A stretch of 64,000 bases of DNA. Origin: a virus. Positions 46,244-54,099 of the stretch are shown here, piece by piece; the first letter of the stretch is position 1; the number at the start of each line of letters is the position of its first letter. The translations under genes were made by a program, and so were the position numbers. Where the stretch lies: positions 1 to 64,000 of IMG/VR virus record IMGVR_UViG_3300028030_000008; one strand, written 5' to 3'. A model generated the notes under the pieces. The model ran no database searches. It was not told the origin of the DNA and saw only the letters and a program-made list of their open reading frames with translations.

Positions 46244-46271
46244 TTGCAAAATAGCACACAATTCCTATAAT
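46244..46271 (+). promoter_or_regulatory. Sigma70 promoter of the tRNA cluster
   Basis: TTGCAA-16-TATAAT. Confidence 0.65.
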
Positions 46272-46284
46272 ATCAAGTAATCAT

Positions 46285-46356
46285 TGCGGAATAGCTTAAC
46301 GGTAGAGCGCCAGAATCATAATCTGGATGTTGCAGGTTCAAATCCCGCTTCCGCAA
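46285..46356 (+). tRNA. tRNA with CAT anticodon (Met/fMet or Ile2)
   Basis: TGCGGAA/TTCCGCA acceptor, GCTT/GAGC D-stem, CCAGA-ATCATAA-TCTGG, GG-TTCAAAT-CC; no encoded CCA. Confidence 0.85.
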
Positions 46357-46436
46357 CATGACCTTAGAGATAACCGAGTTCAATAAGGTCATTCTAATCT
46401 AAGTTGAACGGACGGTGACAGCCGGAGAGACGACGT

Positions 46437-46557
46437 GCAGGCGTAGCAGAATGGGTATATGCCATGTCGAAAGACGAGGGGATGTCACGGACGGGTGTTC
46501 GGATGGGTTCGAGTCCCAGCTTCTCCTAGTGTAAGGTTAGATTCCTTGCCGCCTGTA
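46437..46557 (+). ncRNA. tRNA-like RNA with a nested second T-arm
   Basis: GCAGGCG/CGCCTGT acceptor, D-like arm, GTAAGG-TTAGATT-CCTTGC, internal TGGG-TTCGAGT-CCCA. Confidence 0.55.
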
Positions 46558-46572
46558 TTTAAATAAACCGAA

Positions 46573-46725
46573 GATGGCAGCGGCGTGTGGGAAACGCTAT
46601 GACTGGGAGTAGCAAATGGTTGGTGTCACTACCCTGAAACGGACCAACGTGAAACGCGAGACTGGTAAAACAGTGCCGTACAATGGATTGACCAACCAAA
46701 GCCGGTTCAAATCCGGCCTGCCATT
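46573..46725 (+). ncRNA. tRNA-like RNA with a large multi-hairpin insert
   Basis: GATGGCAG/CTGCCATT acceptor, GCCGG-TTCAAAT-CCGGC, GGTTGGT/ACCAACC closing the insert. Confidence 0.6.
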
Positions 46726-46744
46726 CAAAAAAGCAACTGAAAAT

Positions 46745-46966
46745 TTGCAACAACAAATGTAACATGCTATAATTTCTTTAAGCCGTTGGCCCCGGCTAAA
46801 GAGACAAAGCGAACAATAGACTTCTGTTTTTCTATAGGTGTTGGTTGTTTGTTGGTTTTAGCTGAAAAGCAAAAAGCCTTTGTCTCGCAACCAACAATGG
46901 GCCTAACCAACATCTATAGAAGCGCAGAAGTTTTTTTATTGCCAAAAGAAAGTCCGGGGAGGCAAA
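46745..46966 (+). ncRNA. C4/CI-like antisense RNA module 1 with its promoter
   Basis: TTGCAA-17-TATAAT; b1 GGCCC / b' GGGCC and a1 GAGACAAAG / a' CTTTGTCTC; long hairpin 46820-46931; a2 GAGGCAAA over the next SD. Confidence 0.6.
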
Positions 46967-47173
46967 ATGCAAACAGTGCAGCTAAAATCAATCACAGTAA
47001 TTGCAAACAAGCAAACCGTAGAAATTCCTCGTCATGAATTAAAGGTTGTTGATGGTGGATTTGAGTATGCCGACTTATTTATACCAATCCCAGAACCAGT
47101 AATGACAACTAATAAATACCCCGGATTCGTAATGTCTCTCAAGGAAGCTCTACAATGCAAAAAGAGTTACTAA
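46967..47173 (+). CDS. Small protein downstream of C4-like module 1
   Basis: GGAGG RBS overlapping a2. Confidence 0.65.
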   Translation: MQTVQLKSITVIANKQTVEIPRHELKVVDGGFEYADLFIPIPEPVMTTNKYPGFVMSLKEALQCKKSY

Positions 47174-47379
47174 TAGGATGACAATATATTACTAAGAATT
47201 TAGACGAAAAACCGGATGGTTAGCGGTCGGTGAATCCAAGTCCTAAAATCGCTGTGTGGTTGAGAGTACCACTACGTAGGTAGAAAACAATACCGACAAA
47301 AACTGCCTACACACTGAGTATCTATAAATTCCTAAAATGTAAATTTGACAATCAAGTAATAAGGTGATAAAATATGGGT

Positions 47380-47607
47380 ATGAAGCCAAGTTCGCATAAT
47401 CCGACTTTTTCAAACGTCACGCCACAACAGGTACTTAAATTGCAAGAATTTGCACTAGAACTAACCGGAAAAAGAAGTGCGTCTGCGTTGCTCCGCTTAA
47501 TCGCAGATGACGGTTTTGTAACAAGTGCGCCCAATATCGGTATATCAATGGCGACACCGTTTGACGGTAAACAAAAAAGAGTGCTGGTCGTCGAGCGGCC
47601 AGAATAA
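47380..47607 (+). CDS. RHH-like small protein, paralogue A (own promoter and terminator)
   Basis: TTGACA-17-TAAAAT at 47345-47373; 'LKLQEFALELTGKRSASALLRLIA'. Confidence 0.7.
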   Translation: MKPSSHNPTFSNVTPQQVLKLQEFALELTGKRSASALLRLIADDGFVTSAPNIGISMATPFDGKQKRVLVVERPE

Positions 47608-47683
47608 GGCACGGCAGTCCTAATAGGGCTGTTTTTTATTTAACCACCCTAGATTTGACAAATAGGAACATAAGGTATAGAAT

Positions 47684-47911
47684 ATGTCTCAAATGAAAAC
47701 AACCATTTCCGGGCTAACAGAAACAGAAAAAGCAAAACTTGAACTCCTGTCATTACAGCTACTTGGCAGGGCAAACATGTCAGCACTGATACGCCACATA
47801 GCCAGTAATGGCGTCGTAAAAGATAAAGAAAGCATGAGCATGTCAGAATCGCTAAACGGGACTTTTGACGTTGGACTTAAAAAAGTGCTAATCGTAAAAA
47901 CACAAGCCTAG
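47684..47911 (+). CDS. RHH-like small protein, paralogue B (own promoter)
   Basis: TTGACA-17-TAGAAT at 47655-47683; 'AKLELLSLQLLGRANMSALIRHIA'; may start at ATG 47693. Confidence 0.7.
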   Translation: MSQMKTTISGLTETEKAKLELLSLQLLGRANMSALIRHIASNGVVKDKESMSMSESLNGTFDVGLKKVLIVKTQA

Positions 47912-47969
47912 CGCGGTGCGTCCGCCGACATACTGAGGCTTGTTTTTTATTCACAAAGCCCCTGTTATA

Positions 47970-48410
47970 CCAACAATAAGCCCGGCCCAACCGTCTCAGG
48001 GGAGATGAGTGGTCACAAATACCTGCAAACCAAGATGCTAACCGTGAGGGAACGCCACCGGGAGAGGCCGGAAAATTCTTGGAAAGACGCGGAAATGCGA
48101 GAGTGTGGACAATTAGCTTGAGAGTGCCACGACATGCAGCGGATAAAGCGATGAAACTTGGAGATAGGCCCCAGGTGGAGCAGAGGGAGTTCTGGTAACA
48201 TCAGGAATGATGTGCAATGTAAATCCGAGCCGGGGTTGTTAAACCAGAAGCCTGAAAAATAGTGGCGGATAGCCTGTGCAAATCGCACAGGGGAGCATGG
48301 GCTCAGTGTGTCTATCGAGCAATGTGACATCAAAACATAAAAGAGTTCTTTCAGTGATGTGAAGAATGAACATCACAGGAAGGGTTGGCAAATGCAGTTT
48401 TTGCCAACCA
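47970..48410 (+). ncRNA. Candidate large structured ncRNA
   Basis: ~450 nt with no credible + strand ORF; closing helix AACAA..CCCGGC / GCCGGG.TTGTT; several perfect hairpins. Confidence 0.4.
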
Positions 48411-48429
48411 TACTGTAAGGAGAAATAAA

Positions 48430-48711
48430 ATGCTAACAATATCAGAAGTTTTAGATTACGAAAATGCAGCGTACCTCGCTTGTATTAGTAAACGATGGGG
48501 GGTTGTCTATTCGGAAATTCAAGAGAGCGACTACTGGTTGGGTGGTGATGTTGGAGGATTTACAAACGATAGTAACATTTTCTTTAGAACACCCCATCAA
48601 GCAGAAACGTACTATCAACGAAATTACCAACAAGTATTCGTGTTTGATAACGAGGGCGAAGCACAAGAGAAATGCAACGAACTTGAGGCTGCAATGCAAG
48701 AAAATGAATAA
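48430..48711 (+). CDS. Hypothetical protein
   Basis: AAGGAG RBS. Confidence 0.65.
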   Translation: MLTISEVLDYENAAYLACISKRWGVVYSEIQESDYWLGGDVGGFTNDSNIFFRTPHQAETYYQRNYQQVFVFDNEGEAQEKCNELEAAMQENE

Positions 48712-49240
48712 GAAACGAAAGTGGTACGTTGTATGGAAAGGGAGAAAACCGGGCATATACATAACATGGTTAGCTTGCAAAAAACAAATTCACAAATACC
48801 CGGGAGCAAGGTACAAAAGTTTTCCAACGAAAGCCGCAGCAGAAAAAGCCTTTGGAAACAACTTTGATAAGTTTCCAAAACACCGCAAAACGACAGCATT
48901 TTCTCCTGAAACTGTGACTAAGGAAAGTAAGTCTGAAAGGATCAAACAACCTTCTCAAGCACCGAAACCCACTTTCAGGAAAAAGAAATTCAAAACAGTT
49001 CAAGTTTCATGTCCGTTATGCTTAGGGACAGGAACAGAACGAGACGGGGAGTCGTTCTGGGATTGTCGTAAGTGTAACGGAAAAGGAACTATCGAAATTT
49101 GGGTTGGAGTGACAGACAAGATTGTTTCTCAAGCTGTAATGAAAAAACGCTTTGACTACAAAGAACGTTTGGGTAAACAATATTTAAGAAGACAAAAAGA
49201 TTTTACCAATCGGCTAAATTTAGCGAAAGGAGCAAGATGA
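48704..49240 (+). CDS. RNase H1 N-terminal (Cauli_VI, hybrid-binding) domain plus DnaJ-type Zn finger
   Basis: WYVVWKGRKPGIYITW..C...I..YPGARYKSF; CPLCLGTG / CRKCNGKG; no catalytic RNase H domain. Confidence 0.85.
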   Translation: MNKKRKWYVVWKGRKPGIYITWLACKKQIHKYPGARYKSFPTKAAAEKAFGNNFDKFPKHRKTTAFSPETVTKESKSERIKQPSQAPKPTFRKKKFKTVQVSCPLCLGTGTERDGESFWDCRKCNGKGTIEIWVGVTDKIVSQAVMKKRFDYKERLGKQYLRRQKDFTNRLNLAKGAR

Positions 49241-49452
49241 ACGCTATAAGTAATTTTGTTTGGTTTGATAATAGCTCTATAGGTGTTAATATGGGGTCTG
49301 TAAGTGACTTTGACGTTGATACGATAAAAGATGTTGACGGCAAGAAACGTAAATTGTTACGCTTTATAATACCCGGCAGAACCCCTAGTGTTTTGATTAT
49401 TAACAACAAAGACGACATTGACAACTTTCTACAAAACGTCGCAAGGGTGTAG
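49237..49452 (+). CDS. Hypothetical protein
   Basis: Coupled ORF. Confidence 0.6.
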   Translation: MNAISNFVWFDNSSIGVNMGSVSDFDVDTIKDVDGKKRKLLRFIIPGRTPSVLIINNKDDIDNFLQNVARV

Positions 49453-49454
49453 AA

Positions 49455-49757
49455 ATGAACGGGATAATAAGCAACGCAGACATTGATAAAAAGATAGACG
49501 AACTTGCCGTTTTGTTTTCAACTCAATCCATTGAAGAAATAAAAAGCTGGCTTGAAATCCTAGACGAAAGAATAATAGAATGGGATGGAGTTGGCAGGTT
49601 GTGGGTAGTTAATAGCCTTGCGGCAGAAATACATGACCTCAGAGTTGATCGTGAGGAACTGCAAATAAATCTTGATAAATTAGAAGCTGAGTTTGGTGAA
49701 TTAGAGGCAAAATACGAAGAATTAAAGGAGGAGCACGGAGGCAACGATGATAAGTAA
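49455..49757 (+). CDS. Coiled-coil hypothetical protein
   Basis: Heptad pattern at the C-terminus. Confidence 0.6.
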   Translation: MNGIISNADIDKKIDELAVLFSTQSIEEIKSWLEILDERIIEWDGVGRLWVVNSLAAEIHDLRVDREELQINLDKLEAEFGELEAKYEELKEEHGGNDDK

Positions 49758-50118
49758 TCCCGTTTCATTTTTTACAGATGGGTACACTGAGCGCAAATTC
49801 ACACACGAGGGTGGAGACACACTGTATCATTTTTGCCCACACGACAATGGGCTATCAAATGTTTTTGATACCAACATTGTGTTTTTTGCAAATAGCGAAC
49901 AACATGCTATGAAAGTGCTTCAAGATATGTTTGAGTTTGTAATTTCTTGCTTTAAGGAACACCTGAACAATAAGCCGTCAAATAGCCACATTACCCAAAA
50001 AAGGATGACAAGATACGCAACATATCTTACTGCATTACGCAAAGGGAAGATTCGGTTAGAGAAAGCTCCGACCAACCAGTTCTACAAGGTTGGATGGGCA
50101 GAGAACGATACTATTTAG
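49747..50118 (+). CDS. Hypothetical protein
   Basis: GGAGG RBS. Confidence 0.65.
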   Translation: MISNPVSFFTDGYTERKFTHEGGDTLYHFCPHDNGLSNVFDTNIVFFANSEQHAMKVLQDMFEFVISCFKEHLNNKPSNSHITQKRMTRYATYLTALRKGKIRLEKAPTNQFYKVGWAENDTI

Positions 50119-50127
50119 GAGGCGACT

Positions 50128-50367
50128 ATGGCAATGCGATTAACCGAAAAGCAAAAAGAGTTCATACAAATCACACTTGATGATATTGGGCGTCACGATG
50201 GGGATACAAAGTGCTTTTGGGAATGTTTCCCAGCCGAAAGACGCACGGCGATTTCCTTGCAGAAAAAAGGGCTTGTTGAATTTAAGGACGGGGAAGAGCC
50301 GGTTGCTGGTAGTCACGACATGCTAATGGCGAGATTGACAAAGGCTGGACTAGAGGTGCTAAGATGA
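50128..50367 (+). CDS. Small wHTH-like protein
   Basis: LQKKGLVE...RLTKAGLE. Confidence 0.6.
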   Translation: MAMRLTEKQKEFIQITLDDIGRHDGDTKCFWECFPAERRTAISLQKKGLVEFKDGEEPVAGSHDMLMARLTKAGLEVLR

Positions 50368-50960
50368 AAGCATGGCATGTTTTCTTGGCAGATGACCCGA
50401 TAGAGTATTCTGATATTGTTTTCGCCGAAACAAGTGGCAAAGCAAAGGCTGCTTTTGCTAACAACCAACTGCTTGATTTTACAGACGTGCGTTGTCGGCG
50501 TGTGCCAGAATTAGATGGGGAAGTATTGAACAAAGAGGCAATACATAACGCTGGATTTGGGCTTCACTGTGATAATTGCCAAGCGCTTACATACGATCCG
50601 TTTTTTATCCATGATATGGTATACTGTGAGGAGTGTAAAATGAAAATTCCACAAATGATGATTGGCAATGTAGCAAGATGTGGTAGCAAAGAACACACGC
50701 TAAAAGGTAGATGTGGCGAGCATGGTATAGAAATCTTCTGTAAGGATTGCGACGCCTTGATTTTATGGCCGACACCGGATATTAGAGAACTTGATCGAGA
50801 TAAAAAGATGCAACTACAGGTTGGCTTGGCAATGGGCTACAACGTTGATGAATTTACTATTAACCATTTTCTACTCGAAGGCGGTTTTAAGGTTGTCAAC
50901 AATAGCAACTTTGAACAAGCGTTTAATTATGTCAAGAACGCATTACTTAATACCCTTTAA
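50364..50960 (+). CDS. Hypothetical Zn-binding protein
   Basis: IVFAETSGKAK...RRVPELD; CxxC pairs. Confidence 0.65.
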   Translation: MKAWHVFLADDPIEYSDIVFAETSGKAKAAFANNQLLDFTDVRCRRVPELDGEVLNKEAIHNAGFGLHCDNCQALTYDPFFIHDMVYCEECKMKIPQMMIGNVARCGSKEHTLKGRCGEHGIEIFCKDCDALILWPTPDIRELDRDKKMQLQVGLAMGYNVDEFTINHFLLEGGFKVVNNSNFEQAFNYVKNALLNTL

Positions 50961-51000
50961 TTATGTCAAACGGCCACCTGTCAAAAACTGAGATGTAAAT

Positions 51001-51187
51001 TTGCCAAAATATAACAGGTGTGCTATAATTCTTATGCAGGATAAATCAAACGTCATTGGGGAATGACCAGTCATACACGCGCTAATCTCCTCATCTGTCA
51101 GGAGCTTTGTTTTTTACCCACTACGTTGCGTGGCGTAGGGTAAATTCCCCACAAGGCTTTTGACAAATGTGGAGATTTTTAATTAGC
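51001..51187 (+). ncRNA. C4/CI-like antisense RNA module 2 with its promoter
   Basis: TTGCCA-17-TATAAT; b1 TGGGGAA / b' TTCCCCA (bulge) and a1 CACGCG / a' TGCGTG (apex) of a long hairpin 51081-51187. Confidence 0.55.
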
Positions 51188-51221
51188 AAAAGATTTTTAA
51201 TTAACGAAAGGAGCTAGTAAG

Positions 51222-51548
51222 ATGAACGATGATAGTGCAAAAATTCTTGGATGTTTCGGTAGTATTGTTGGCTTTATAGCATTGATGGTAGTCGGAAGTT
51301 TAGCGAGGGGGTGGGCGTTAGCTACAACTTGGGGATGGTTTATTGCGCCGTATTTCGGGCTACCGTCTCTCGGCGTAGTTCAAGCTATCGGCATTGCCCT
51401 GGTTGTATCTTTGCTAACATATCAAGGTACTGAAACAAAAGATGATGACAAAGACATACTAGAGGTACTGGCGTCACTTTTTGCAAGAGTGATATTTGTT
51501 CCTCTATTTTTTGTTGGTATTGGATGGATTGTGGTTCAATTTCTTTAA
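51222..51548 (+). CDS. Membrane protein (3 TM)
   Basis: WGWFIAPYFGLP.LG..QAIG. Confidence 0.75.
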   Translation: MNDDSAKILGCFGSIVGFIALMVVGSLARGWALATTWGWFIAPYFGLPSLGVVQAIGIALVVSLLTYQGTETKDDDKDILEVLASLFARVIFVPLFFVGIGWIVVQFL

Positions 51549-52193
51549 TTGGAGGTTAATGTGGAAATTAAAGCAGGTCAAGTATTCGAGGAATTAACGA
51601 ATGGCACAGTGTTTGTTGTCAAGAAGGTTTTAGCGCCCGTCAACGGAAACCCTATTATCGCAGTTGATACGTTTGGACAAAGACGCAACATAGAGTACAT
51701 CAAGAAGGAATGTCGTCTTGTTAGTGAAAAAGCAATGTTTCCCGAAGAAGCGCCATCTTCATTCAAAATTAAGGTAGGTCAAACGTTTGAGGAACTATTA
51801 ACCGGTAAAGTATTTACTGTTCAAGAGATTTTAACATCTATTGATGGTAGCAGAGCAGTTGCAATTGGTGCAAACGGCGAAAGATATGACACATCGTTCA
51901 TTAAAAGACAATGCCGTTTAATTGGGGTCAAAGAAGAAACCCCATTACCATCTAGTATTAAGGCGTACATCATAGAAAACCACACAGTTACACATTTTTC
52001 ACAACAAGACCCCTGGACGTTTATAGAAATAATGGTTACTTATGAAGGCCATGAATACTCTGGTGTTGGCTTTGCTCGTAGGGTTTACAAGGATAAGTGG
52101 ATCGCAGAACTCGGTAGGGATATTGCTCTTGGTAGAGCTATCAAGGACGTAATTCGCAACATTGCCAATAACGATTGGGCTATTCCATTTTAG
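51549..52193 (+). CDS. Protein with a duplicated N-terminal domain and a dsRBD-like/DUF1876-like C-terminus
   Basis: IK.GQ.FEEL..G.VF.V x2; GVGFARR..KDKW..ELG..IALGRA. Confidence 0.65.
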   Translation: MEVNVEIKAGQVFEELTNGTVFVVKKVLAPVNGNPIIAVDTFGQRRNIEYIKKECRLVSEKAMFPEEAPSSFKIKVGQTFEELLTGKVFTVQEILTSIDGSRAVAIGANGERYDTSFIKRQCRLIGVKEETPLPSSIKAYIIENHTVTHFSQQDPWTFIEIMVTYEGHEYSGVGFARRVYKDKWIAELGRDIALGRAIKDVIRNIANNDWAIPF

Positions 52194-52201
52194 GAGATAA
52201 A

Positions 52202-52615
52202 ATGACAGCTAGGGCTAAGGAAATCAAAGAAGACCTTTTCAAGCGTAATTTTGCGGAACTTGCCAAGGTGCTAAGTTCCGATGGTGTACTGCCCAGTGTT
52301 ACTCTTTTGAGTGAAAAAAAAAACGTATTACCGCCCGCTGGCACGGAAGAAGCGTCTTTGTTTTTCAATATCAAAACGTATGTTGAGAAGAATTATCAAA
52401 TTAGTGACTTTTGGCAAAAAACTCCTTGGACTTATGTCGATGTGTATGTTGTTTACGATAATAGGTCTTATTTTGGTACAGGTTTTGTTCGCAGAAACTA
52501 TAAGGTTAAGTGGAATAAAGAGGCTGATATGGACGCTGCTTTGGCTAAAGCCATCGAAACTGCTACTTTTAGTATCATTAGTTTTTTAAGGAGACAAAAT
52601 GCTATTACTTGTTGA
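52202..52615 (+). CDS. Paralogue of the previous gene's C-terminal domain
   Basis: IK.Y......Q..PWT...GF.RR.YK.KW. Confidence 0.65.
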   Translation: MTARAKEIKEDLFKRNFAELAKVLSSDGVLPSVTLLSEKKNVLPPAGTEEASLFFNIKTYVEKNYQISDFWQKTPWTYVDVYVVYDNRSYFGTGFVRRNYKVKWNKEADMDAALAKAIETATFSIISFLRRQNAITC

Positions 52616-53465
52616 TGCAAACTCAGTATTCGCTAGAGGCTATTTTGCTCCGGTGGACGATGAATACCAAGACAGTAAGCACTTTGCGGTGTACAGATTT
52701 GGGCAACGTCTTATTTCCTTCCTAAAAGACTATGAGCCAGAAACAGTTGTGTTAGCGTGGGACGGCTCAGTTCTTGTCCGTAGAGAATGGTATCCAAAGT
52801 ACAAGGTTGGGCGTAAGCCTAAACCGGACGACTATTATCAGCAAATGGATTACACTAAAGGACTTGCTTTTAATTCCGGTTTCCTGAACGTGGAAATCGA
52901 GAACAGGGAAGCGGATGATGTCATTGCGGCTTACGCGAACTCTCATCGCGCAAATGTGTTAATCGTTACAGGGGATACGGATTTACTTCAACTAGTATAT
53001 GCAGAAGATTTCCTCAGTGTTCAAGTGGAACTTTTGAAGTGGAATCCGAAGATTGGCTCTCATCGTTTGCGGTTTGCAGCCCCAAGAGATGTTTATGATT
53101 ATATGGGTGTTTGGCCTAGTTGTGTTGCGGACTACAAGGGGATAGTTGGGGATTCGTCTGATAACTTTCCTGGTGTCACTGGTGTTGGCAAGGCAAAAGT
53201 TGCGCCTTGGCTAGAAGAATATGGAACGCTTGAGGAAATCTATGACTTTCTTGATGATTTACCCGGTATGAGGTTAAAATCTGGAAAGTGGTCAGCGGTT
53301 AGGCAAAAAATGATTGATGGTGAGGAAATGGCTTTCTTGTGCAGAAAACTGGCTAGACCGTTACCAATTGAAAGCAATGAACTTTCGTTTCCATTATTAA
53401 CCCCAAAGGCACAAGACATTCACAGTGCAATTAAAAAATTCAGGGAGGTACATGGTGAAAATTAA
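52599..53465 (+). CDS. 5'-3' exonuclease / flap endonuclease (PolA-N, T4 RNase H-like)
   Basis: LVDANS, YK.GR, EADD, TGDTDL.Q, GDSSDNFPGV.GVG. Confidence 0.93.
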   Translation: MLLLVDANSVFARGYFAPVDDEYQDSKHFAVYRFGQRLISFLKDYEPETVVLAWDGSVLVRREWYPKYKVGRKPKPDDYYQQMDYTKGLAFNSGFLNVEIENREADDVIAAYANSHRANVLIVTGDTDLLQLVYAEDFLSVQVELLKWNPKIGSHRLRFAAPRDVYDYMGVWPSCVADYKGIVGDSSDNFPGVTGVGKAKVAPWLEEYGTLEEIYDFLDDLPGMRLKSGKWSAVRQKMIDGEEMAFLCRKLARPLPIESNELSFPLLTPKAQDIHSAIKKFREVHGEN

Positions 53466-53670
53466 CATAGTAAATATTGGAATTGCCAGAAAAATGAATG
53501 GAATAAAAGCTGCTCCTGCGGTTATTATTCTTGTCGAAAAGATACCAAGAGAGCGCACTTGTGAATACCATGAGGAACAAGCTCGTCTTCTTGCAAAAAC
53601 TCTTGAGGACGCATTGCCATATAGCACGCTAAAGAGTCTCACTAATACATTGCATCGAAGGTGGGGATAA
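53452..53670 (+). CDS. Hypothetical protein (shares an 'EQA..LA..L..ALP..T' motif with the next gene)
   Basis: GGAGG RBS. Confidence 0.6.
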   Translation: MVKINIVNIGIARKMNGIKAAPAVIILVEKIPRERTCEYHEEQARLLAKTLEDALPYSTLKSLTNTLHRRWG

Positions 53671-54099
53671 ATGAAAATAGTGAAATGCAGTATTGCTAAT
53701 CCACTTAATGACACAGAAGCGAAAAAGGCAATAATCGAGCTAACACACGGGCTGCCAAAAACCAACTCTTTACCAGAGACAGAGAGATACTTCGACGAAC
53801 AAGCGCAAGAAATAGCTAATGCTTTGTTTGAAGCGTTACCGCAAGGAACGTTTGACAGATTGGTAATTGCACTTATGTCAAAGAAGATGTCTCTGTATCA
53901 TGGAGTGTGTTCTAGTCTTGGCCGACAAATTCATTGGATGCCAGCTAGTGAAGCACTTCCTGTTGTTGGCTGGCTTGTACTTACAGTGGGTACTGATGGT
54001 GTTCTTGTTGGCACATATCATGTGGTTTTTAGGGGGTTGAATGGCGAAGAAATTCACGGCGTTACACATTGGGCTTACGTATCGGATATAGTACCATGA
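53671..54099 (+). CDS. Hypothetical protein with a DUF551-like C-terminus
   Basis: WMPASEALP...VTHWA. Confidence 0.65.
   Translation: MKIVKCSIANPLNDTEAKKAIIELTHGLPKTNSLPETERYFDEQAQEIANALFEALPQGTFDRLVIALMSKKMSLYHGVCSSLGRQIHWMPASEALPVVGWLVLTVGTDGVLVGTYHVVFRGLNGEEIHGVTHWAYVSDIVP

Noticed and set aside
51118-51130. CTACGTT, reminiscent of IscB (HEARO) omegaRNA
   Set aside because: No GTCAAC/GTTGAC end or iscB gene; explained as part of the C4-like hairpin.
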